22,163 nucleotides of DNA from Candidatus Thorarchaeota archaeon. GTDB taxonomy: Archaea > Asgardarchaeota > Thorarchaeia > Thorarchaeales > Thorarchaeaceae. The position numbers and the translations under genes are program-made. Position 1 is the stretch's first letter. Every line of letters starts with the position of its first letter. This document shows positions 1-7,586 of this stretch, in pieces. The stretch lies in contig RDOC01000010.1 of the NCBI GenBank assembly GCA_011364985.1, positions 1-22,163 on the forward strand, given 5' to 3'. The notes under the pieces are model-generated. The model had not been told where the DNA came from and made no database searches. It saw only the letters and a program-made list of their open reading frames with translations.

Positions 1-1208
1 CTTTGCCGAGGCGGTCTGCTGGTCCAGTTCCTTTGGAAACTCGTACACGGCCGGCTTGAGGTCTTTGCCATGTTCGGCCAACCAGAGCATTGCGTTGAGT
101 TGGCTTGCGAAGCTGAGGTCCATTACCTCTCCAGCTATGCGGCAGCGAATGCAGCATATACACTGGGGTGGCCTTCGGCAGCAACCAGATTTACGAGCCG
201 GCCTTCTCCAAGAAGATAGAGCTTTCTTCCATCTTTCATCGTGTACTCATCCAACGCATGACGAACTCGTTTCTTGTCGGTACTGAGTTCAATCAAATCC
301 GGCTCGTTTATCTCAACATTGTAGTGGCCTGCATTTCCGAACATTACACCATTCTTCATCATTTTGAAGTGCTCACCAGTGATGACATCCTTCATTCCTG
401 TTGCTGTGAGAAATACATCACCCAAAGGTGCTGCTTCGTTCATTGGCATGACCTGAAATCCATCCATTCTTGCCTGCAGGGCACGTACTGGATCAACTTC
501 GGTGACAATCACATTTGCACCTAGACCTCTACCTCGTTCAGCCATACCTCTTCCACAGTAACCATAGCCACCAATGACGACAGTCTTTCCAGCAATCAGA
601 ATGGCTGAAGCTCTCATTACACCATCGAAGACACTCTGTCCAGTTCCATAGACATTATCAAACAGATGTTTCGTATCGGCATCATTCACAGCCATGATTG
701 GATACTTCAAGGCACCATCATCCGCCATTGCACGGACGCGGATCACACCAGTGGTGGTTTCTTCAGATCCACCGTACAGGTTTGGTATCAACTCTAAGTG
801 TTTGCTGTGAAGCGTGAAAATCAGGTCCGCACCGTCGTCCAGTGTCAAAGTGGGTTCAGTTTTGAGTGTCTGTTCGATGCACCAATAGTACTCGTCCTTG
901 TTCAAATTATGCCAAGCATATATTGGCACATCATTGGCAGCAAGCCCCGCCGCTACCTCGTCATTTGTAGATAGAGGATTACATCCAGACCATGCTACGT
1001 CCGCCCCAGCGGCCCTGAGGGTTTCCACCAAGACGGCTGTTTCCTTAGTAACATGGAGACACCCAGCAATTCTCATACTCCTCAAGGGTTGACTCTCGGA
1101 GTATTTCTTTCTTAGATGTATCAGTACTGGCATGTGCTTTTCCGCATACTCAATCAGCATCCTGCCTTCTTCTGCAAGTCCAATATCCTTCACTTTATGA
1201 TCTGTCAT
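1..1208 (-). CDS. ahcY: S-adenosylhomocysteine hydrolase (adenosylhomocysteinase), split gene: exon 1 1208..161, exon 2 128..<1 (continues beyond the window)
   Basis: Hallmark motifs: GCLHVTKET, SGCNPLST, DDGADL, EETTTG, KHLFDNVYGTGQS, GYGYCGRG, EGRLVNL..AEGHPS. Likely start is ATG at 1208 (MTDHKVKDIGLAEEG), not 1301. The ORF track stops at 135, but the conserved continuation EVMDLSFASQLNAMLWLAEHGKDLKPAVYEFPKELDQQTASAK is encoded in another frame at 128..1. Confidence 0.96.
129..160 (-). other. Putative 32-nt bulge-helix-bulge (BHB/BHL)-type mRNA intron in ahcY
   Basis: Minus-strand sequence TATATGCTGCATTCGCTGCCGCATAGCTGGAG. Removing it gives CCC AGT G|AG GTA ATG = P-S-E-V-M. Junction fold: outer helix ACC/GGT, central 4-bp helix CCAG/CTGG, 3-nt bulges UG^U and AG^A, intron stem TATGC/GCATA. 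Confidence 0.8.
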
Positions 1209-1295
1209 TATTGTTCTTGGACTACTCAGAACCGTCAAACTTATGAATATTACATCACAATTCAGAATGAAAGGCACCAGATTGAAGATGAGAGT

Positions 1296-2237
1296 ATGCA
1301 ATCAATTACAGAAACTCAGAGAGAACTACTGCGACTACTTGTGAAGAACTCGCGATGGGGACCTTTGGTCCTGGGGAACTTGATGGGGAAGAGTCGTAAC
1401 TGGGTATCACGCTCAATTCGCCAACTCGTGGAGAAAGGATGTATCCGTGCGTATAGCACAGTCATTGACCTTGCTCAGGTTTATGGAGTTGGTAGCACAG
1501 TTCTCTTCTTGAGGACCAATCCCCGAGAGAAGAATGTGAGTGACCGCTTGCTTCAGATGCCCGAATTGATATCTCTTGATGGCATATCTGGTGAGCATTC
1601 ACTAGTGGGGCACTTCAGAAAGATAGGTCAGAAATCCTTCGAAAACCTTCTTGATCGAGTTGATGATATCGTTACCATAGCTCTTCAGCCAAAATACAAG
1701 CTAATCCAAATACTTACAACCTACAAGAGCCATGGCTTCAAAATCGACACAGAAGCACCTCATGATACACCTCTGTCTGCAAAGGACTTGGAGCTACTAA
1801 GCGTGCTATCGAAGTACTCACCAAGTGCTGATAGCCCCTTCCCGCTCTCACAGGCTGAGATTGGAGAGAGGATGCAACCATCTCTGAGCCAACCAGCCGT
1901 ATCAAAGGCTATCACTCGATTGGAATTGCATAGAGCTATTGTGGGCTACTCCATTGACACTGACCTCTCCTTTATTGGTCTTCCAATCAAGTTCTTTCTC
2001 CAAGTGAAAGCTAAACCAGGAACAGCTGCCATCACGGCAAGGAAAATGGTGGAACTTGACGAAATCTGGGATTTGCATCGAACAAGTGAAGACTACAGCC
2101 TTTTTGCTACCGTCCGCACTGAAAGCATTAACAGCTACAACAGCTTCCTGAGAAAGCTCTTTGCCAACGAAGACATAATTGATACTCAGTCAACAGTTTC
2201 ATTTGAAGAGTGGTTTGTTCCACCAAGAACGAAGTAG
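1296..2237 (+). CDS. Lrp/AsnC-family transcriptional regulator with two tandem wHTH + RAM/AsnC units
   Basis: Two repeats of the Lrp pattern: ITETQRELLRLLVKNSR...RSIRQLVEKGCIRAYSTVID and LSAKDLELLSVL...VSKAITRLELHRAIVGYSIDTD. Each is followed by a RAM-like domain (e.g. EIWDLHRTSEDYSLFATVRTES). Start set at ATG 1296 because the upstream ORF extension overlaps ahcY. Confidence 0.88.
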   Translation: MQSITETQRELLRLLVKNSRWGPLVLGNLMGKSRNWVSRSIRQLVEKGCIRAYSTVIDLAQVYGVGSTVLFLRTNPREKNVSDRLLQMPELISLDGISGEHSLVGHFRKIGQKSFENLLDRVDDIVTIALQPKYKLIQILTTYKSHGFKIDTEAPHDTPLSAKDLELLSVLSKYSPSADSPFPLSQAEIGERMQPSLSQPAVSKAITRLELHRAIVGYSIDTDLSFIGLPIKFFLQVKAKPGTAAITARKMVELDEIWDLHRTSEDYSLFATVRTESINSYNSFLRKLFANEDIIDTQSTVSFEEWFVPPRTK

Positions 2238-2250
2238 TCCAAAACAATCC

Positions 2251-2847
2251 CTATGCGGGTTCATACTGCCCCTCACTTATATCGCTGTTCCCAATCCATA
2301 GTCGTTTCCATATTCCATCACCGAAGTTCATGGCCAGTATGATGCTTCCAAGGACTGTCATTACAGCTGTGAAGAGTGTATTTGCTATTGTGAATCCAAG
2401 AGCAATGTTTCCACCCTCGGCGAAGAAAAGAACCACTGGGCCCACGATCTCTCTTGGATCTATCCATGGCCAGAAGACAGGATTGAATGGATGCATTGGT
2501 ATATCCACAAGCACATGAAACAAAGCGCCCAACATACATGACAGAATCAAGATTGGAGTTATTCTGCAAGCCTCTTTTACCTCATTATATTCCAAGCAAA
2601 AGAAGAATGAAATGATTGGAGGATACAGAAGCTTTGTCACAATTACTGCAAGTGCTGTTCCCACGGTGACCACGCCAATAAGGCTATGGAGGAGAAGATG
2701 GTCATAGACACCGGGAAAGAAGATCCACATCAATGGTATTTCTATGTCCGGAATGACTGAACCAACAGTGAGTCCGGGGAGTGATAGTCTCCTATTTGTC
2801 TTCGAAAGCAAGTATCCAACAGGATAATGGAATGGTGTGAATGGTAT
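2251..2847 (-). CDS. DUF4184-like / metal-dependent-hydrolase-like membrane protein
   Basis: N-terminus (I/M)PFTPFHYP, motifs GSVIPDIE, LLHSLIG and HVLVDIPMH..PVFWPW, plus several hydrophobic helices. AGGAGG lies 7 nt upstream of the ATA at 2847. Confidence 0.75.
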   Translation of the reverse strand: MPFTPFHYPVGYLLSKTNRRLSLPGLTVGSVIPDIEIPLMWIFFPGVYDHLLLHSLIGVVTVGTALAVIVTKLLYPPIISFFFCLEYNEVKEACRITPILILSCMLGALFHVLVDIPMHPFNPVFWPWIDPREIVGPVVLFFAEGGNIALGFTIANTLFTAVMTVLGSIILAMNFGDGIWKRLWIGNSDISEGQYEPA

Positions 2848-2940
2848 CGCAATTCCTCCTCGTCAGTTCATGTCAGGATGGCTTTTCCTTTTCAATATGT
2901 TTAAGGACAAGAGATTGTACGCCTCACAAAGGTGCACTTG

Positions 2941-3453
2941 ATGGGTTTACTTGAATTCGAAGGCAAATCTCCAAAGGTTGACGAGGAAGCGTACATATCT
3001 CCGCGTGCATCTCTAATAGGTGACATAGAGATTGGGGCCGACAGCAGTATCTGGGAATTTGCGATACTTCGGGCGGACATGAACTTTATCTGCGTTGGAA
3101 AGGGAACATCAATCCAAGACAACTGCTCGGTGCATGTGACACACACGAATCCGACTATCATTGGTGACTATGTTACGTGCGGCCACAACTGTGTGGTTCA
3201 CGCATGCGAAATTGGCCATCGATCAGTCGTTGGGATCGGTGCAGTTGTTCTAACCGGCGCGAAGGTTGGTAATGACTGTGTAATTGGTGCAGGATCTGTT
3301 GTCACTGAGAATAGCGTAATTCCTGATAATAGTCTGGTTCTCGGAATTCCCGGGAAAGTCGTGAAGGAGGTTTCGGAGGGTATGAGAGAAGCCTTTAGAG
3401 CAGGTGCTGAGATCTATGTCGAACTCGGACGAAGACACAAGAAATCAATATAA
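2941..3453 (+). CDS. Gamma-carbonic anhydrase / hexapeptide-repeat family protein (YrdA/CaiE/PaaY-like)
   Basis: FEGKSPKVDEEAYI, IGDIEIG, LRAD, IQDNCSVH, GHNCVVHAC (three Zn-ligand His), LVLGIPGKVVK. Start is ATG 2941 or GTG 2932. Confidence 0.93.
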   Translation: MGLLEFEGKSPKVDEEAYISPRASLIGDIEIGADSSIWEFAILRADMNFICVGKGTSIQDNCSVHVTHTNPTIIGDYVTCGHNCVVHACEIGHRSVVGIGAVVLTGAKVGNDCVIGAGSVVTENSVIPDNSLVLGIPGKVVKEVSEGMREAFRAGAEIYVELGRRHKKSI

Positions 3454-4127
3454 TGCTCAAGTCTAGTAGAGACTTCTGATGAGCTGGGAGGGGGGACTGG
3501 TCCTTTGACCATGAAATCAATTGGAAATAGTTACACCATATTCACTGGAGTCATGCTCATTCTTGTCGCTTAATCAGTATCGGCACAGCTGAATCTTGTA
3601 CTGAACGTACGACAAGAAGATCAGCGTCTGTATGGCGGCGCGTCCGAAACATACTATGCGAAATTAGATGTAGCTGAATGTGTAGCTGTGGTTGATGACG
3701 ATACCCCGGGACTTTATCATTCCCGAAGAACGGCTTAGAGCAGCTAAGATTCATTCTGTCTTCAAAACCGATCGACTGTCCACCTAGTGTCCTTATTGCC
3801 AAGCGGCCTTGAGTCGATAGGAGATTGATTAGACCAGCCAGCTTGAAGTGGAGCGTAATTACTGTGAATGAATTGTCTGAGCCACCTTCAAGAGAGAGTG
3901 AATAAAACCTAATCTAGAACTCGAACAGAAAGAATGACACAGCTCCCTATCTAATATTCCATTCTAAAGAAGCGGAGGTCCATCACAAGGGCAACACATC
4001 CACCTGAAACCTAGAAATTGTATCTTGGGATGCAAAGACCGCATCGATTCATGTACACTAAGCTGATGCAACGGAATCATGCCTACATTCTTCCCGTCGA
4101 AATCCAAAGTTAGCTTCGGTCTGATGT

Positions 4128-4738
4128 CTATTGAAACAGCTTCAGCAACTTATAGCCCTGAATCACCGAATAGAGTATAATGGTGTAGACCGTGAGCTTC
4201 TGCATTGCAGCATCGGAAATTACGAAGATATGCAGGAAAAGGATTGTACAAGTCAAGTATCCAAACAAGTCGTAGAGATATCCGTACTCCTTGTTGTTGT
4301 TGATGATAACGATAGAATAGAGTTCTATTGCTATTGCGAACAGCGTGAAGAATAGCAGTGTTGACAATCCATGCTGAAATGGGAAAGCGTCGCTAGCAAA
4401 GATACCAACTCCAGCCAGACAGGGTTCTGCAATTATACCAATAATAGTGCCAATTGAGCTGATTTTCTCTGGCATAGTGTCAGTGAACACTGTCCGTGTC
4501 GTCGGCCAGAATGGTATTGAAAGGGCGCCTGCCAGTGTTGTGGCAGTAGCGAAAAAGAACCAATTCAGGGGAGTTGGTATCCCACGCGTCACCGATAATC
4601 CCAATGAGATAAAGCTGTCTTCCAGAAAGGAATAGCCTTCTGAATAGAGTATCATCAGTACGAATGTATGATGACAAACTGAATCCCAGCTACTGCTCCA
4701 CACCACGCTCCAGTTCTTTTCCAGTTACTCTTTATCAT
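4128..4738 (-). pseudogene. DUF998-like multi-pass membrane protein with a frameshift near 4668
   Basis: ATG at 4738 overlaps the upstream stop (ATGA) and gives MIKSNWKRTGAWCGAVAGIQFVII. The hydrophobic helix continues in another frame as TFVLMILYSEGYSFLEDSFISLG... (ATC AT_ ACA, one base missing). GYSF..xF.SLG, GVGIF and H motifs resemble DUF998 proteins. Confidence 0.65.
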
Positions 4739-6486
4739 TTGTTGCGTCTCTTTTCGATTTCCTCTTCCCTCAACACTCGTCGAAGGACTTTGCCCACTTG
4801 GCTCATGGGCAAAGATTCTACAATGGCAACCTCTTTTGGTCGCTTGTATCCAGCCATTCGTTCTCTGCACCATTCGATGAATTCTTCTTCCGTTGCAGTC
4901 TGACCCTCCTTCAGCACAATGTATGCCTTGACATATTCATTGGTCGGGTAATCCTTGCGAGGCAGACCAATGACGGCAGCTATTGCTACCTTTGGATGCT
5001 CGAACAAGATGTCTTCTATCTCCCTTGGATAGGCTTTGAGCCCCCCGACATTCACAATGTCTTTCTTTCTATCACTAATGTATGTATAGCCAAACTCATC
5101 CATATGTCCAATGTCACCAGTCAAGAAGAATCGCTTTCCTCCGAAATCACGCATCACTGCTGCTGTTTCCTCGGGCTTTCCGTAATAGCCCTTCATCACC
5201 TGTGGTCCATGAACTGCAATTTCGCCTGTTTCACCAATTGGCATTTCCTTCGTGCCGGTTTCAACATCGACAATCTTGCATATAGTATCTGATATCGGGA
5301 TTCCTATTGATCCGAACTTCCTATCACATCTGCTTGTTGGATTGATGTGGGTCACAGGGGAAGTTTCAGTCAGACCATACCCCTCGAACAGAAGCGCTCC
5401 AGTAACTGCTTCGAAGCTCTTTGCCAACTCGGGTGGCAGCGGAGCTGCTCCGGAGCTGCAGATCTTGACCGACCTAAGGTCGTATCTGGAAGCATTTGGA
5501 TGGTTTACAATTCCTGCATAAAGGGCAGGTACGCAATTCAGAACTGTTCCCTTCTCTCGTTCAAGTTCCTTCAGAAGGTCCGTTAACGGTGGTTTTCCGG
5601 CTCTCGGGTCCGGAATGCAGACAAGCTTTCCTGCATACCAAGTGGACATTAGCATTGTGAGCGTAAGACCATAGCTATGATACCAAGGCAATGCACCAAC
5701 GAAGACCTCCTCGCCATATCTAACGCCTCCGGAAACATCGACATCTTCTTCCTTCAGATAGACCCACTCTGCTATCTGAAGCACGTTAGAGATCAAGTTC
5801 GTGTGCATCAGTTCTGCTCCCTTGGGGGTTCCAGTAGTCCCACCAGTGTAGATCAATATCGCGGTGTCCTCTGGATCGATTCTGATGTCAGGTGCATTAG
5901 GCTCATGTGTCGCCAATACCTCTTCGTAGAAGAAGGTCTTATCTTCTTCATAGAATGGGCTCTTTGGAACCCTGCCCAGCAATCCCCCAATTCTCGCCTT
6001 GATTTTTGGCAGAAATGCTTTCACACTACAAACGACCACGGTTTCAATCTTGGTGTCTCTTATCGCCTCATAGCAGGTTGGTGTGAAGGTTGGATGGTCC
6101 AAGACGAAGACTGCCACAGCTCCAGTATCAGTCAACTGGTAGTTGAGTTCAGGTGCTTTGTACATCGGATTGCACGTTACGACTTTGGTCCCTGCCTTCA
6201 GTGCTCCAAAGAACACTGGAGGGTAGTGAGGGACATTCGGTAGAAAGATTGCTATTCTGTCACCTGCACGAATTCCTCTCTTGACTAGGAAATCTGCAAT
6301 CTTATTTGCATCTTCTCGTACCTGAGAGAATGTTCTTGATGTTCCCATGAACACAGTATAAGGAAGGTCACCACTCGTTTCTGCGGCTCTGTCCAGCATT
6401 GCGAATAGCGGCTCCTTGGGGTATTCAAGCGATTTTCTTGCATGTTTTGGCCATTTTGGGCCGTATTGCCAATACTGCTCTTCCAT
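4735..6486 (-). CDS. Long-chain-fatty-acid--CoA ligase / AMP-dependent acyl-CoA synthetase (copy 1)
   Basis: AMP-binding motifs IYTGGTTGTPKGA, EGYGLTETSP, FLTGDIG, DRKKD, YPREIE, GYKRPK..GKVLRR. Confidence 0.95.
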   Translation of the reverse strand: MEEQYWQYGPKWPKHARKSLEYPKEPLFAMLDRAAETSGDLPYTVFMGTSRTFSQVREDANKIADFLVKRGIRAGDRIAIFLPNVPHYPPVFFGALKAGTKVVTCNPMYKAPELNYQLTDTGAVAVFVLDHPTFTPTCYEAIRDTKIETVVVCSVKAFLPKIKARIGGLLGRVPKSPFYEEDKTFFYEEVLATHEPNAPDIRIDPEDTAILIYTGGTTGTPKGAELMHTNLISNVLQIAEWVYLKEEDVDVSGGVRYGEEVFVGALPWYHSYGLTLTMLMSTWYAGKLVCIPDPRAGKPPLTDLLKELEREKGTVLNCVPALYAGIVNHPNASRYDLRSVKICSSGAAPLPPELAKSFEAVTGALLFEGYGLTETSPVTHINPTSRCDRKFGSIGIPISDTICKIVDVETGTKEMPIGETGEIAVHGPQVMKGYYGKPEETAAVMRDFGGKRFFLTGDIGHMDEFGYTYISDRKKDIVNVGGLKAYPREIEDILFEHPKVAIAAVIGLPRKDYPTNEYVKAYIVLKEGQTATEEEFIEWCRERMAGYKRPKEVAIVESLPMSQVGKVLRRVLREEEIEKRRNK

Positions 6487-6620
6487 TTCATGAATCCTTC
6501 CTCACGGTTGTATTAGCTGATTCCACATTATTGAACAACTTGCTCATATTCTTTGGTAATCTCTATCCGAAATCCGGAGCCAACATACATCACTCCGCTC
6601 TCTCATGAATTGATACTTCT

Positions 6621-7577
6621 CTATGGTTTGAAAGGGTGTTCAATGGCCCTTTCAAAGGAGCTCGTCCAGAGGTCGTCCCCCCAATTCCTCACCATTTCCT
6701 TCATCTCTTGGCTGTAGAAATTTCTCGGAAGCTGTATTGTAGATCGAACAATGGCAACAAAATATGATATTCCAGTCCTTCGTCCATGTGGAGTAATATC
6801 CCGTACTGGTAATAGAAGTATATGTTGCTGTGCACAAGTAACTCGCTCGTATTCCTCCTGCCTAATGCCCAAGGCTCGAATTACCCTTGCTCTTCCCCTT
6901 TCCGTTATCGCCGTGCTAATTGGATTTCTTCCACCACCTGAAAAGCCGCTTGATAGTGGTTCTGAGTAGAATTCTGGTGATGTAGTTGATGAATGCGCTA
7001 GGCAAGTCCAAGCGGCTCTTCTGCTGGATTTGTACCATAAAGAATAGTCAAAACTCTTCCAACTATCCTTGAAAAGCTCTTTAAGGGCCAAGTCAAGATA
7101 TGCTGTTAAGGCTTGCCTTGGTTCTCTGGCCTTCTCAATCCTGTCTGCGCAGATGCCTCTATTAATCAGGGTTGCCATTTTTGCCTTTGCCGGTGTTTCA
7201 GCTTCTCTGACTTTTCCGTTAATGTTGTTAATCAATGTATCACGATAAGGAATTCTTTCAGATTTGAAAGATGGCAAGATTCTCTTTCTACACCGTCTAA
7301 CTGACCCTGAGGGTCCATCAAGCCACTTTCGAATGAATTCCGTCAATTCCTCCCACATACACTTGAATCGTTCCCAATTCAGTTTCTGCTGTGAATAGAA
7401 ACCATATGAGAATGATGTCAATGCTATCGCAAATATGGACAGCTGAAATGGGAGTATCATCTCCTCGGGCATAGGAAAACTCGATGTCATGTCAATAAGC
7501 AACTCCGACGCCAAGAGAATAAATCCCAAGGCGAACGAACCAAATGCACGATTATCGTAATCTGACAGGGACTTCAC
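6621..7577 (-). CDS. Hypothetical membrane protein: two N-terminal TM helices plus a soluble, possibly GAF-like, C-terminal domain
   Basis: 318-aa ORF with GTG start and AGGAG overlapping the upstream stop. Hydrophobic segments AFGSFALGFILLASELLI and ILPFQLSIFAIALTSFSYGFY. Confidence 0.65.
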   Translation of the reverse strand: MKSLSDYDNRAFGSFALGFILLASELLIDMTSSFPMPEEMILPFQLSIFAIALTSFSYGFYSQQKLNWERFKCMWEELTEFIRKWLDGPSGSVRRCRKRILPSFKSERIPYRDTLINNINGKVREAETPAKAKMATLINRGICADRIEKAREPRQALTAYLDLALKELFKDSWKSFDYSLWYKSSRRAAWTCLAHSSTTSPEFYSEPLSSGFSGGGRNPISTAITERGRARVIRALGIRQEEYERVTCAQQHILLLPVRDITPHGRRTGISYFVAIVRSTIQLPRNFYSQEMKEMVRNWGDDLWTSSFERAIEHPFKP

Positions 7578-7586
7578 CTTCCACTC

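Noticed and set aside
135-137. Pyrrolysine or stop readthrough at the ahcY TAG
   Set aside because: Readthrough gives L-E-R then TAA. The conserved continuation is in a different frame.
127-163. Spliceosomal-like GT...AG reading of the ahcY insert
   Set aside because: The GT..AG options either leave the frame broken (33 nt) or delete a conserved residue (35 nt gives GHPKVM or GHPSVM). Only the 32-nt BHB boundaries restore GHPSEVM.
1116-1301. Overlapping N-terminal extensions of ahcY (to 1301) and the Lrp gene (from 1116)
   Set aside because: Longest-ORF artefacts. Family-like sequence begins at 1208 and 1296.
3476-3730. C-box-like TGATGA motifs (near 3477 and 3693) suggesting C/D sRNAs
   Set aside because: No convincing, correctly spaced D'/C'/D boxes.
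3557-3802. 81-aa minus-strand ORF
   Set aside because: TTG start, no recognisable motifs or ribosome-binding site; probably spurious.
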